From sequence record OK905446.1: a DNA stretch of 64,000 nucleotides, one strand, 5' to 3'. Made by a program: the position numbers and the translations under genes. Position 1 is the first letter of the stretch; each line of letters begins with the position of its first letter. The notes beneath the pieces are model-generated. The model worked only from the letters and a program-made list of their open reading frames with translations, did no database searches and was not told the origin of the DNA. Positions 8,357 through 17,868 of this stretch are shown in pieces.

Positions 8357-8950
8357 TTAACCTCGAATCAACGGAAAGTCATCTTTCCAAAGTGTAAGAT
8401 ATGAATCGCATTTCTCAACACCCCCACCCGTACCGCAGTTAATGCCCGGGATGTGACCAATGTACTTGCGATATAAATCGAACTTTTTACGATTGCCTTG
8501 ATGTTCCCAATGACAACGAATCGAAGAAGCTAAACCGCGCTTGATGTCTTCTTTGTTTTCAGACCACATCGGGCAAGTTTTCTCACCAACTGGCGCGCTG
8601 TGTGTCTTTCTCTCGTCTCGAAATTGTTCGTACTCGTGACAGAAATGACAGAACTCCCATCTGAAGTTCATCATACGCGGCGTTTTACGCTCTTCGTCGT
8701 AGTAATGCAGCACGTGAACAGCTTCGATGATCAAATCTTCTTCATCAAGAATGATGTTAAACAAGTGTTTAAATGAGCAAGCACGTAAACGAATCGTATC
8801 TAGGTAAGCACTAGCTTGTGCTTGTTGCATTGCTTTCACTTTTAAAAACGTGTCGTGTTTGCGACAACGAGCTTCGTGAACTTCGACTTCACGCTCTAGA
8901 ATGCTTTGAAAGTCGCAATAGTCACATACGTGTATTGTCATTTTGTGCAT
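8357..8950 (-). CDS. Cys/His-rich hypothetical protein
   Basis: CDYC...H...C zinc-finger-like N-terminus. Confidence 0.7.
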   Translation of the reverse strand: MHKMTIHVCDYCDFQSILEREVEVHEARCRKHDTFLKVKAMQQAQASAYLDTIRLRACSFKHLFNIILDEEDLIIEAVHVLHYYDEERKTPRMMNFRWEFCHFCHEYEQFRDERKTHSAPVGEKTCPMWSENKEDIKRGLASSIRCHWEHQGNRKKFDLYRKYIGHIPGINCGTGGGVEKCDSYLTLWKDDFPLIRG

Positions 8951-9321
8951 GTTGTTTCTCCGTGTGCTTCTACTCTATCCCATGTACCAGTGACTTCAGC
9001 TGGATCAATACCGCGACTGCATAGTTCAGCAAGCATGTAGTCTTTGAAATCGTTGCTGCTCATGTGATTCTCAGGGACTTCAAACCAGTAAATCACTTTG
9101 CCGTAATTGGTTCGCCAGTATTTCTCAGCGTTCGACAATTGATTGTAAGGCTTAACACCGCCACCACCTTGTCTGCAAAGAATCTCATCTGACCAAGTTC
9201 CCTCATCATCGCAGTCAATAAAGAACTCAATCGCTTCTGGCATATACGGCATACCGTATCGAATGCACAGATAAGTGCCGTCTCTCGACGGCAATCTATC
9301 TCTTACGTCTATCGGTTGCAT
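8938..9321 (-). CDS. hypothetical protein (DUF551-like N-terminus)
   Basis: MQPIDVRDRLP start typical of DUF551. Confidence 0.65.
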   Translation of the reverse strand: MQPIDVRDRLPSRDGTYLCIRYGMPYMPEAIEFFIDCDDEGTWSDEILCRQGGGGVKPYNQLSNAEKYWRTNYGKVIYWFEVPENHMSSNDFKDYMLAELCSRGIDPAEVTGTWDRVEAHGETTCTK

Positions 9322-9884
9322 TATGCACCTTTCACTAAGTCGCGTAAAATAACGCCATTGTCATCAAGAACACCACGATGGTTGCGAACTACGTATTTCA
9401 CGTTTCGCTCGTATGTGCTTGCGTGACTCTTCAAGATTTTACGAGCAGTTGCTGTTTTACCTTCTTGAATGTACTGAATCACTGTAGCAATACCAACTTC
9501 GTTTGAAGTGAACTTTTTATGACGGTACGTTTTGTCTACAATCATTTCAGCAATACATTTTTCAATCAGTGCAATGATGCCAGTACGCGGGATTGTGTTG
9601 CGACCATCTTTGTAAGGCACGTTCTTCAACCCAATCTTATCAGCGTACTTACGACATGTGTAACGATGTGCAAACTTATTTGAACCTGCGTATTTCTTAC
9701 CTTTGACGCGAGTCAGCAACCCAGCTTTTACGCCTGCTTCTAGCTCTTTAGCACATTGACGACGAACTGAGTCAACATACGTCTGGCTGTGTTTGTTCTC
9801 GTCGTAGAAGTTCTGACCAAGCTCGTATGCAGTTGGCATGTAAGTTCCAGCGAATGCGATTACTAGTTGTACTGATTTGTTCAT
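9321..9884 (-). CDS. basic hypothetical protein
   Basis: ORF track; GAGAG SD. Confidence 0.75.
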   Translation of the reverse strand: MNKSVQLVIAFAGTYMPTAYELGQNFYDENKHSQTYVDSVRRQCAKELEAGVKAGLLTRVKGKKYAGSNKFAHRYTCRKYADKIGLKNVPYKDGRNTIPRTGIIALIEKCIAEMIVDKTYRHKKFTSNEVGIATVIQYIQEGKTATARKILKSHASTYERNVKYVVRNHRGVLDDNGVILRDLVKGA

Positions 9885-9914
9885 AATGTAATTCTCTCAA
9901 GTTTTATGTGTTGA

Positions 9915-10487
9915 TTAGTCGTTTGCAAGTTGTACTTTAAGTTGTTCGAGGCGTTGAATCTCTGCATTGATTTCACTGATTTCTTGTGAACGTAGTGTAG
10001 TTTTTAACAATCGTTTTGCATTGAAAATTGTTGCCGAACCTCTCGGTTCACCTGTAACGGTCTCGACGTGTTTCAAATATAGTTGCTCGGAAGAAGCAAG
10101 ACCGTCATGCATTGATAGTAACTCACGAGGCGACAATTCATCGCGCATCAACGCAACTGCAAATCCCATCGGTGTATTCAATGACGGCTGATTATCTTCA
10201 CCTTCTTGCTCTTGTTTGCGCTTTCCTGGTTTAGTATCATTTTTGTATTGTACGTATGCAGAATCGGCTTCTTTGCGATTGATATTGACATGGTAAGACT
10301 CGGGAAAATCTACACGCGCAAAGCTAGGATTTTTTAAAAATTGTTTAACACAGCGACCTGCTTTCGACCAGTATACGATTGCGAGTGTGTTATTAGCGTG
10401 CATGACAATGCCATACTCGCCTTTCTTAGCAACTGCTTTGTTAGTATCTGCCGTTGAAACTACGATTTGACCTTGTTGAAATTTCAT
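9915..10487 (-). CDS. hypothetical protein
   Basis: ORF track; AAGGA SD. Confidence 0.75.
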   Translation of the reverse strand: MKFQQGQIVVSTADTNKAVAKKGEYGIVMHANNTLAIVYWSKAGRCVKQFLKNPSFARVDFPESYHVNINRKEADSAYVQYKNDTKPGKRKQEQEGEDNQPSLNTPMGFAVALMRDELSPRELLSMHDGLASSEQLYLKHVETVTGEPRGSATIFNAKRLLKTTLRSQEISEINAEIQRLEQLKVQLAND

Positions 10488-10500
10488 AATATGTCCTTAA

Positions 10501-10671
10501 TTAAAATGTATCAGATAGTGTTGTAATAAGTTCGAATGATTCTAGCTCTTTTTCGTCGTACGTGTCAAGAACTAATTCAGTATGTGAAAGCTTTTGTACT
10601 TCACAATTGTTATCACGATGAGACGTGACTAGAAAATCATCGCCGTTGATGCGTCTAATTTGATTAACCAT
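10501..10671 (-). CDS. small hypothetical protein (56 aa)
   Basis: Read by hand: MVNQIRRINGDD...; TAATG coupling. Confidence 0.55.
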   Translation of the reverse strand: MVNQIRRINGDDFLVTSHRDNNCEVQKLSHTELVLDTYDEKELESFELITTLSDTF

Positions 10672-10910
10672 TACAATCCCTTTAGCTTATTGACAACGTA
10701 GGTAAACGACTTCTCAATACCATGAGCCATACCCGCACTTAGAAGAAGCATTGCGATAACTGGCCATGCAACTGCTATTAGAAAAATGCTACTTGCATCA
10801 TCACCTTTCATTGGCTTATCTTTGTTATTGCGAATCTCATCGTATACGCAGTAGATAACAATACCGATTAGAACTACGATATACACAACACCCGCGATTA
10901 AATCAGCCAT
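10671..10910 (-). CDS. small membrane protein
   Basis: Two hydrophobic segments. Confidence 0.7.
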   Translation of the reverse strand: MADLIAGVVYIVVLIGIVIYCVYDEIRNNKDKPMKGDDASSIFLIAVAWPVIAMLLLSAGMAHGIEKSFTYVVNKLKGL

Positions 10911-11154
10911 TTAAAACCTCCCAATACCGTTCATAGTTGTCTTTGAAATGCTCTAGAGCGTCGATAGATTGAACCTCACCAACGTCTTTAAGTTTGATGG
11001 TGGCAAGTCGAGTTAGAATACCTGGCTTACCGCTATCGTAATACAAGTCAAGTTCGTCGTCGTAGCGTCGCACTTCACTAACATGCTCTAGTAAGTCATC
11101 AGCGCATGTTAGCTCATATCGGTCGTATACGACCCTGCTTTTAGTGATAATCAT
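10903..11154 (-). CDS. hypothetical protein
   Basis: ORF track, start adjusted to ATGA-coupled MIITK. Confidence 0.65.
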   Translation of the reverse strand: MIITKSRVVYDRYELTCADDLLEHVSEVRRYDDELDLYYDSGKPGILTRLATIKLKDVGEVQSIDALEHFKDNYERYWEVLNG

Positions 11155-11327
11155 TTTCTCTCCACTATACATTCAAAAAAGAGAATATCAGACGAAGACT
11201 TCCTTAAAGAATCAAGCTTGTCCATTGCTATCTCAGCATCATGACCAACCCAAACTGGCTGCCGGTATTCAATCGGCTCACCACAATCACCTTCCAGAAC
11301 GTCGATTTGCATAATCACGTATTTCAT
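11151..11327 (-). CDS. small hypothetical protein (58 aa)
   Basis: Read by hand: MKYVIMQIDV...; coupled at both ends. Confidence 0.6.
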   Translation of the reverse strand: MKYVIMQIDVLEGDCGEPIEYRQPVWVGHDAEIAMDKLDSLRKSSSDILFFECIVERK

Positions 11328-11929
11328 TATAGTGCGCCCATTACTACTAGTTTCTTCTTGAAGACATCTAGACGTTGCTCGAATGCTTCACCTTCAGCGT
11401 CAGTACCCATGATGTACCAGTCTTTGTACTTGCCACGCTGCTCGAATGTAATCTCAGTTAGACCAAGAAGTTCAGTTGCTTTCTCAGCTACTAAGTCACG
11501 CGCAGCTTGACCACGAGCGTTTGTTTTCTTAGGCTCTTCAGCTTTCGGCTCTGGCTTAGTCTCAACAACTGGCGCAGATACTGCGACTGGAGCAACAACA
11601 GCAACTGGCTTGTTGAACTTCTCAACTAGCACTTCGTATTGACCAACAAAGTCATCTAGTGCAATTGCCATTTCAGCGATTTGACCAGCAGTGTGCTTGA
11701 TGTCGTTCAGTTCAGCTTGCAAGTAAGCTTTCGCTTCTTTCAGAGTGTCACCACATACGTCAACTACTGATACGTGAGCGTCAGATTCTGCGTCGTAACA
11801 TACAGCAGCGCGTAGGATAATCTCACCAAGCTCTTCAGTAGCGAAGATTGTGAAATCTTTGTACTCAACAGTGCTGATACCGAATTCGCGAATGTCTTTG
11901 ATTTTGATGTTGTTTAGGTTGCTAGGCAT
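11327..11929 (-). CDS. early hypothetical protein with Ala/Pro/Lys linker
   Basis: First gene after strong promoter region. Confidence 0.8.
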   Translation of the reverse strand: MPSNLNNIKIKDIREFGISTVEYKDFTIFATEELGEIILRAAVCYDAESDAHVSVVDVCGDTLKEAKAYLQAELNDIKHTAGQIAEMAIALDDFVGQYEVLVEKFNKPVAVVAPVAVSAPVVETKPEPKAEEPKKTNARGQAARDLVAEKATELLGLTEITFEQRGKYKDWYIMGTDAEGEAFEQRLDVFKKKLVVMGAL

Positions 11930-12063
11930 AATGTCGTCTCTCTATAGTCGTTTAAGAATGTGTATCTCGTTTCGATGTAGCTATAATAGGCAATTACCAT
12001 TCACCACGCAACCACTTTTTGCAAAAAAATTAAAATAATTTCAAATTCGGTTTCGACAGACCT

Positions 12064-12093
12064 AAAAAAAAGCCCCAATTAAGGGGCTTTGTT
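12064..12093 (-). terminator. rho-independent terminator, 28-bp exact duplicate of 40262-40289
   Basis: AAAGCCCC-TTAATT-GGGGCTTTTTTTT. Confidence 0.8.
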
Positions 12094-12425
12094 TACTTGT
12101 AAACAGTCATGGTAACTTGATGTGGGTGTACTTCTGTCACATCATCAAGCGTTGGCATGTCTAAATCCATGTCACGCGCTGAGTTATCACCAGTAATGTG
12201 ATAGTCAAACGTTTGGAAGTAACGCTCTGTTCCGTCGATGTCAACAGCATGTACAACAGAACGAATGTCATACCAACGATGCTCAGACTCGTTTTCTTCT
12301 TGTACAATTCGCTTGCTTAGACATTCAATGAACGTCTCATACATCGAATCAGGCTCGTTTGAATAACCGTGCTCGTCGTTGTACGCTTTTACTACGTCGT
12401 ATAGTGCTTGGCTCATTTCGCCCAC
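12093..12425 (-). CDS. hypothetical protein
   Basis: ORF track. Confidence 0.7.
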   Translation of the reverse strand: MGEMSQALYDVVKAYNDEHGYSNEPDSMYETFIECLSKRIVQEENESEHRWYDIRSVVHAVDIDGTERYFQTFDYHITGDNSARDMDLDMPTLDDVTEVHPHQVTMTVYK

Positions 12426-12748
12426 CCCATTTTGTATAGTGTTTCGTAAGCTTCTTCATAGTCACCTACGTATTTGAAAATGTCTTCGTTGATGTTGCAC
12501 ACGGCATATGCATCCATGTAACCGTTCATGTACATAGCTGATTCGTCAACTAGCACTTTAACGTATGATTCATCGTACTGAACAACCTTGCCTTCACGGT
12601 CGATCTCGATTGAATACGTGTCGTCTGAATCTTCAACTAGCTTCATGACATCGAGAAACTTGTCTAGACACGGATCTGTCATCGGGATAAAACGATGCCA
12701 TGTTTCGCCTTCGTTGTCATTGAACTCAATATAGCGTGCGTATTTCAT
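12413..12748 (-). CDS. acidic hypothetical protein
   Basis: ORF track. Confidence 0.7.
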   Translation of the reverse strand: MKYARYIEFNDNEGETWHRFIPMTDPCLDKFLDVMKLVEDSDDTYSIEIDREGKVVQYDESYVKVLVDESAMYMNGYMDAYAVCNINEDIFKYVGDYEEAYETLYKMGWAK

Positions 12749-13073
12749 CTGATTCCTCTATGAGTTTTTTCACTTCGTTGTAAACCGCATATTTCTCATT
12801 AGGCACGTGTAAGACAGAACCTAATGCACCGCGAAAGTTATAGTCAGTTGGGTTGATGTCGCTGTCAATATGAGACTTAAACCCACAGTCAAGACATACA
12901 ATATCTTTCCAATATTGATCTCTAGACCACGGATCACCATCAGCAGCGCCTTCTTTGTAAGTCACACGAGTATGGTGACAACGGCTTCGCTCTTCATGTA
13001 GCTCACGCTCAAGTTCGCGAATCTGATTTTCCAAATCTTGTATATGACTCATAACCCACCCGTTAACGCGCAT
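12726..13073 (-). CDS. hypothetical protein (start probably MSHIQD)
   Basis: ORF track. Confidence 0.65.
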   Translation of the reverse strand: MRVNGWVMSHIQDLENQIRELERELHEERSRCHHTRVTYKEGAADGDPWSRDQYWKDIVCLDCGFKSHIDSDINPTDYNFRGALGSVLHVPNEKYAVYNEVKKLIEESDEIRTLY

Positions 13074-13234
13074 ACTAAAAACGCAACGACGATATTCACA
13101 AAGTGATTCATGTTGCGAAACGCAAACGGATCACGCCCTCTGTATGTACCATTATGTACTGTCAGATAACGACCCATGTAATTGCCAATGTATGCTGCAA
13201 TCAACGTACATAGTAAATTAGCTAGTACCATCAC
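13049..13234 (-). CDS. small membrane protein
   Basis: Two hydrophobic segments. Confidence 0.6.
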   Translation of the reverse strand: MMVLANLLCTLIAAYIGNYMGRYLTVHNGTYRGRDPFAFRNMNHFVNIVVAFLVCALTGGL

Positions 13235-13799
13235 TTCCCTCTATAAAATGTTTACGACACATACTACGGTAATCAGTATCACCGATATATGTCTGTTCAC
13301 CGTTAAGCACACGAGCTCCGCCAATGAACAAGCCGATATGAGTTGCTTTCTTATGACAACCCTCAACTGAGCACATAGCTTTGATTTCGCGAATCTCATC
13401 TGCATGACACATCAACGCAGCAGAACCTTGGAATAAATTACCCATGTAATCATTACGTATACCGTAACAAAGCACTGGAATATTGAACTTATCGACGATA
13501 TAAGCCAGGTCTAGCACTTGTTTTTTAGTCAAGAACTGACATTCATCAACGAAAATAGCCGCTGGCACGTGGTTTTCATGCATAGCGTAATGAATGAAAT
13601 CGAACTCTTCAGAGAACAATACCGCGTCATGCTCTAAGCCAATACGACTGGAGATTTTCCCAACACCAAAACGATTGTCTTGATAGTAGTTAAAATACCA
13701 CACAGTAGAACCAGTCTGTTCATAGTTATGAGCAGCTTGTAATAGCTGTGCGCTTTTTCCCGCATTCATAGCGGAATAGTTGTAGTACAATTTAGCCAT
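13218..13799 (-). CDS. tk: thymidine kinase
   Basis: YSAMNAGKS P-loop, FVDECQFL, YGIRNDY, C-x4-C...CRKH zinc site. Confidence 0.95.
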   Translation of the reverse strand: MAKLYYNYSAMNAGKSAQLLQAAHNYEQTGSTVWYFNYYQDNRFGVGKISSRIGLEHDAVLFSEEFDFIHYAMHENHVPAAIFVDECQFLTKKQVLDLAYIVDKFNIPVLCYGIRNDYMGNLFQGSAALMCHADEIREIKAMCSVEGCHKKATHIGLFIGGARVLNGEQTYIGDTDYRSMCRKHFIEGSDGTS

Positions 13800-14190
13800 T
13801 GCTTAACCTCACGTACTCTTGAAAGTCCCAATCCCCAATGTCACTTGGCAGGTCATCGTGAATCACATCAAGCACGTCCAAACGACCGGCACTGTTCTCT
13901 AGCTGCTCGATGTACTCAAGCGTATTACCAAGAGCTTCTTTAAGCATAGCGTTTTCAGAACTGTCTTTCGGAACAATGATGTTAGTTTTACGAACGGTCG
14001 TTTCATGCTTGGTGTCATGACAACGCACCAATGCTCGACCACGCTTAACTGAAATCACCGTAGCTGTGTAAAGACGCATATGACTACGAGTTAAACCAAA
14101 TGCACGTGTCATGACAACGACGTTCATACCCGCGGTGATTTCATTGCCTACTAAGTCATTCATTGAGATTCTCCATGAAACGCTCGGCAT
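13792..14190 (-). CDS. hypothetical protein (start probably MNDLVG)
   Basis: ORF track. Confidence 0.65.
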   Translation of the reverse strand: MPSVSWRISMNDLVGNEITAGMNVVVMTRAFGLTRSHMRLYTATVISVKRGRALVRCHDTKHETTVRKTNIIVPKDSSENAMLKEALGNTLEYIEQLENSAGRLDVLDVIHDDLPSDIGDWDFQEYVRLSNG

Positions 14191-14380
14191 TGTCCTTGTT
14201 CACGAAGTAATACGCATCAGTGTAATACGAATCCGTAGAAACTAGAACTTCAGTCAGCGACTTGTACTCACGAGCAAAACCACCATCTTCTGTGACCGTA
14301 GCATAACCCGCTTCATCACCAGACACAACTTGCACATGTTCGACCGTTCTCATAACGCACCCTCTACGACTTCTGTCCAA
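14156..14380 (-). CDS. hypothetical protein (start probably MRTVEH)
   Basis: ORF track. Confidence 0.6.
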   Translation of the reverse strand: MDRSRRGCVMRTVEHVQVVSGDEAGYATVTEDGGFAREYKSLTEVLVSTDSYYTDAYYFVNKDNAERFMENLNE

Positions 14381-14667
14381 TGAGCACCACCGTTATAATG
14401 ATACGTCTCAAAGTGAATATCACCATTCGGCTGAACTTCGGCTCTGGCAAGCTGATACAGATCTTCACGCTCGTTTTCAAACGTTACACGGTAACAAAGA
14501 TCTTTGATAAAAACCAACCCGAACTCTTCTGAGTTTTCCCGTAGATATTCAAGCTTGGTCTCACACCAATACGGCAAGTCAGAATCACTTACTAGCTCTT
14601 CAGCAAGTTTATCCACAGACTTATCCACAAGATGTAGAATGCCTTTATTGTATTCCATTTGGCTCAT
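14350..14667 (-). CDS. hypothetical protein
   Basis: ORF track. Confidence 0.7.
   Translation of the reverse strand: MSQMEYNKGILHLVDKSVDKLAEELVSDSDLPYWCETKLEYLRENSEEFGLVFIKDLCYRVTFENEREDLYQLARAEVQPNGDIHFETYHYNGGAHWTEVVEGAL
14609..14629 (+). repeat. tandem pair of perfect DnaA boxes inside a CDS
   Basis: TTATCCACA-GAC-TTATCCACA. Confidence 0.5.
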
Positions 14668-14810
14668 TGTCTGTCCTCGTTAAGTTGCTTGCACAATTTA
14701 TATGCGCCTGCTCTGGTGAAATGATACGAGATTGTACCGCGGTCGTAGTTGTTCGCGAAGATAACGACTTTCCAGAGAAAGCCATTGAAACACGGACGTA
14801 TGGCATACAT
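14664..14810 (-). CDS. small hypothetical protein (48 aa)
   Basis: Read by hand: MYAIRPCFNG...; ATGA coupling. Confidence 0.55.
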   Translation of the reverse strand: MYAIRPCFNGFLWKVVIFANNYDRGTISYHFTRAGAYKLCKQLNEDRQ

Positions 14811-14811
14811 C

Positions 14812-15249
14812 TTATTCAACTTCTACACCTTGTAATTTCAACCAAGTCTGTAAGTCACGATGAGCATTGACTAGATTATTGCGTAATGCATGAAATTCAC
14901 GCGACTCGACGACATTGTGACACACGCTTTGGTAATCGCTGTAGTACAGCATAGCGTAATCGAATTCTTCTTTGTCAATGCAACGACTCAATACCGACTT
15001 GTCATTGGCAGTTAAAGTAAGCTCTTCGAGTTCAACAGTACCAAGACCTTTTAACTCGCGAATATCAAAATCAGCAAGTTCAACAGTTCCCCAGCCGTTT
15101 ACGTGTTTCAGTAAAGCATGTTTGCCAGCTTCAGTACGATAGAAATCCATCATATCTGTCATGTAAGCACGCTTGCCCATATTATAGTGTTCGTCTACCA
15201 TTTCAATAAGGCAGTCGCCAGTTGGTGTTTCCCAGAATCTGTAAATCAT
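14812..15249 (-). CDS. hypothetical protein
   Basis: ORF track. Confidence 0.7.
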   Translation of the reverse strand: MIYRFWETPTGDCLIEMVDEHYNMGKRAYMTDMMDFYRTEAGKHALLKHVNGWGTVELADFDIRELKGLGTVELEELTLTANDKSVLSRCIDKEEFDYAMLYYSDYQSVCHNVVESREFHALRNNLVNAHRDLQTWLKLQGVEVE

Positions 15250-15563
15250 TATTTCACCTTGTATACGTCATGAAAGCACTTTCGAAAATGGTCGAATTCA
15301 ATCGGCTTGTGCTCTTGTAGATATTCACCATGTTCTAAAACTGCTTTATCGCTCGACCAGAAATCTTCAATACAACCGCCACACTCACAATCGGGACAAA
15401 GTAGTTCAGTATAGGCGGGCATTTCCCAACCGTCATGATGACCGTAGTCTTTTATGCAGTCAGAAACAGCGAAGTCAACGTGGCAAACTGAGCAGCGACA
15501 AAGATCAAGCACAAGAGATTTGTGCTCGACCTTGACTGGTAATGAAAAATTAAAGCTTTTCAT
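15249..15563 (-). CDS. zinc-binding hypothetical protein
   Basis: CRCSVC and CPDC motifs. Confidence 0.7.
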   Translation of the reverse strand: MKSFNFSLPVKVEHKSLVLDLCRCSVCHVDFAVSDCIKDYGHHDGWEMPAYTELLCPDCECGGCIEDFWSSDKAVLEHGEYLQEHKPIEFDHFRKCFHDVYKVK

Positions 15564-15810
15564 TCTTGCGTTTTTGGTGTGCGTCGTATGCTTTCTTAGC
15601 TTCTACAAACGGCCATGCTATCGTTACAATAGCAGCGCCTAGTACAGTCGCACATACACCGACAATAACTGCCCCGATTAATACAAGAATACCGATGACG
15701 AACTCAATAATTGACCAAATCAGACCAACAATTGCCATGAAAATAATCACGATGCCGCCAACAATACCCGCTAGTAAATCACTCATCTTCTGGTATTTCC
15801 CCTTCTTCAC
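15550..15810 (-). CDS. membrane protein
   Basis: Long hydrophobic stretch. Confidence 0.7.
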   Translation of the reverse strand: MKKGKYQKMSDLLAGIVGGIVIIFMAIVGLIWSIIEFVIGILVLIGAVIVGVCATVLGAAIVTIAWPFVEAKKAYDAHQKRKNEKL

Positions 15811-16066
15811 CTAGATAACGCTCTGCAACCCATACGCTTTCAATGTCGTTGATGTCGGTTGCGAGTTTAACTGGGTCTTCTAACAATGCAATGCGCATCA
15901 GTGCTAATCGCTCACGTAGTGCATTACTCTCTTTTTCGTCGTACGGATTCGCCGCTGCATGCCAAGAAACTGACTGTGGCGAATACGAAAAACGATACGT
16001 CCAAAACGCAACTGAATTGCCGCTTTTGTAGTTGACTACGATAACGGCGCGACTATAGTCTTTCAT
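15779..16066 (-). CDS. hypothetical protein
   Basis: ORF track. Confidence 0.65.
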   Translation of the reverse strand: MKDYSRAVIVVNYKSGNSVAFWTYRFSYSPQSVSWHAAANPYDEKESNALRERLALMRIALLEDPVKLATDINDIESVWVAERYLGEEGEIPEDE

Positions 16067-16295
16067 AAAGCCCCTTCACTGAGTTTTTCAAGAAGATTAG
16101 CACAAGTGGAAACCAGAATAAACTCATTACTGCAATGAATTTGTGCGTTTCAATCGAGTTGATCGGAAACTTGTTGTCAAGCTTGCCTTTCATTTTGTAC
16201 CAAATGTAATCGCCTAGTGCAACATACAAATAAGCACCCACTGCCACCAGCATATAAAACGCTAGTATATTGAGAATAATCATAGTGGCTTCCAA
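16053..16295 (-). CDS. small membrane protein
   Basis: Two hydrophobic segments. Confidence 0.65.
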   Translation of the reverse strand: MEATMIILNILAFYMLVAVGAYLYVALGDYIWYKMKGKLDNKFPINSIETHKFIAVMSLFWFPLVLIFLKNSVKGLYERL

Positions 16296-16672
16296 AGTTC
16301 TTGTAACGTTTGTTGATGGGGTTTCAAGTATGCGACAAAACGCGGTACGTCTTCTTCAGTGATAGACCGAATATGAAACGGCGCGAAAATACCTTTGCGT
16401 TGATGCATCATAAAGATCTCAGCGTAGTACGTACCAAGCGGTGTTTCGTAATCTTCGTCTGATAAATCTGGCTTGACATCCCAACGAAAAACCAAGTTCA
16501 TATCAACGTCAGCGTCTTCGAACTCGTCTAAAAACTCTTTCATAGTGTCATAGACCATACCAGCATCATTGCTGTAATAGTTCGAATCGCTACAGTAATA
16601 CGGATGATCTACGGCTAATTCAGCTAATGTCATTTGATACCCTCGATATTGGAGATGATAAACTCTAGCCAT
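16280..16672 (-). CDS. hypothetical protein (start probably MTLAELAVDHPYY)
   Basis: ORF track. Confidence 0.7.
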   Translation of the reverse strand: MARVYHLQYRGYQMTLAELAVDHPYYCSDSNYYSNDAGMVYDTMKEFLDEFEDADVDMNLVFRWDVKPDLSDEDYETPLGTYYAEIFMMHQRKGIFAPFHIRSITEEDVPRFVAYLKPHQQTLQELWKPL

Positions 16673-17100
16673 TTTATGCGATATTCGCGTAACTCATCAC
16701 GACCGAAAGTAAGAAAGCTCAAGAACGCAGATAAATGGCGAGCAGCTTCTTTGTCTTTAGTCGGGATGCCAAGCGTATCCAAGAATGGTACTTTGAGATC
16801 TTCTAGTGACTTGTACACTGAATTAAGCACTTCGAAATCAAGCTCGTCATTGTCTACGATGTTTGCAATCTGGCAACAAGTGAAATCGTCTAACGCTGTA
16901 ATGTCAGTTTTCGATTCAGCCAGTACTTGTTCAGCAGCGGCTTTGATTTGTTCTTGTAATGTCATAGGAAAATCCTTCGTGAATTCATCTACAGTTGAGC
17001 CAATGGCGGGATACGATTGCAATTCAGCTAGTATCTCATCTGGCGTTTTCTCGCTTAGTATATCGTCAAGCATGGCAAGACGTTCGTCTAGACTAAGCAT
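16630..17100 (-). CDS. paralog family B member
   Basis: FTCCQIA...REYRIKWLEFI. Confidence 0.7.
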   Translation of the reverse strand: MLSLDERLAMLDDILSEKTPDEILAELQSYPAIGSTVDEFTKDFPMTLQEQIKAAAEQVLAESKTDITALDDFTCCQIANIVDNDELDFEVLNSVYKSLEDLKVPFLDTLGIPTKDKEAARHLSAFLSFLTFGRDELREYRIKWLEFIISNIEGIK

Positions 17101-17506
17101 TTCTGCGGTTCTCTTGAGTCAAAATGAACTCTAACCATTGGCGACGATACTCGGCAAACAACTCTGAGTCTGTTTTCTCATCGTCACGAGTTGAAATATC
17201 GTGTATAAACGCACCGCGATAATACTTGATTTCGATGTTCTCTTTCAATACGCCAATAGCTCGCTCGGACAACTCGATTTCGCCAGATACGGCTTTTTCA
17301 TAAACCGCAAGTATGAACGGTCGTGAAATTTCAGACAGTGTAGTTTTCACGTCAACATGTACTGAAAACGAGTCATTGTATTTTTTCTTTACCATGAATG
17401 CAATTTCATTACACGTGTAAGAGTTTTGATGGGTGATAATATACCCATCTTCTAGCAGTTCACGAACCGCTTGTTGAATCTCATAGAGATATTTCATCAT
17501 TCGCAT
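17093..17506 (-). CDS. paralog family B member
   Basis: YTCNEIA...AEYRRQWLEFI. Confidence 0.7.
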   Translation of the reverse strand: MRMMKYLYEIQQAVRELLEDGYIITHQNSYTCNEIAFMVKKKYNDSFSVHVDVKTTLSEISRPFILAVYEKAVSGEIELSERAIGVLKENIEIKYYRGAFIHDISTRDDEKTDSELFAEYRRQWLEFILTQENRRNA

Positions 17507-17867
17507 CCACGATAAATTTCAACCATGCTTTACGACATAGCGTAAAAGCGTTCATATCACGACGACAATTTTCATCGTAAGAAAGCACATGTACAAACGC
17601 ACCGGCCCAATTGTCGCGAATAGAATCAGCAAGTGACTCTTTCGACGGTGTGCTTAACTCATAGCCAAGCAAGTCTGGATTGTCGTTAATGGCGTGTAAG
17701 AATTCGCGACCTTTATTGACAATGTACGATTCAACGTCGAAAAAAGGGATATGAGGAGCAATAACTGCCATGCGATCTTCCATCATATGACAAGTATAAC
17801 GCTCAACGCTAGACATTAGATCTTCGTCTTCTAGCAGGTCACTAGCGACTTGCGCGAATAAATTCAT
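17481..17867 (-). CDS. paralog family B member
   Basis: YTCHMME...LCRKAWLKFI. Confidence 0.7.
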   Translation of the reverse strand: MNLFAQVASDLLEDEDLMSSVERYTCHMMEDRMAVIAPHIPFFDVESYIVNKGREFLHAINDNPDLLGYELSTPSKESLADSIRDNWAGAFVHVLSYDENCRRDMNAFTLCRKAWLKFIVDANDEISL

Positions 17868-17868
17868 C

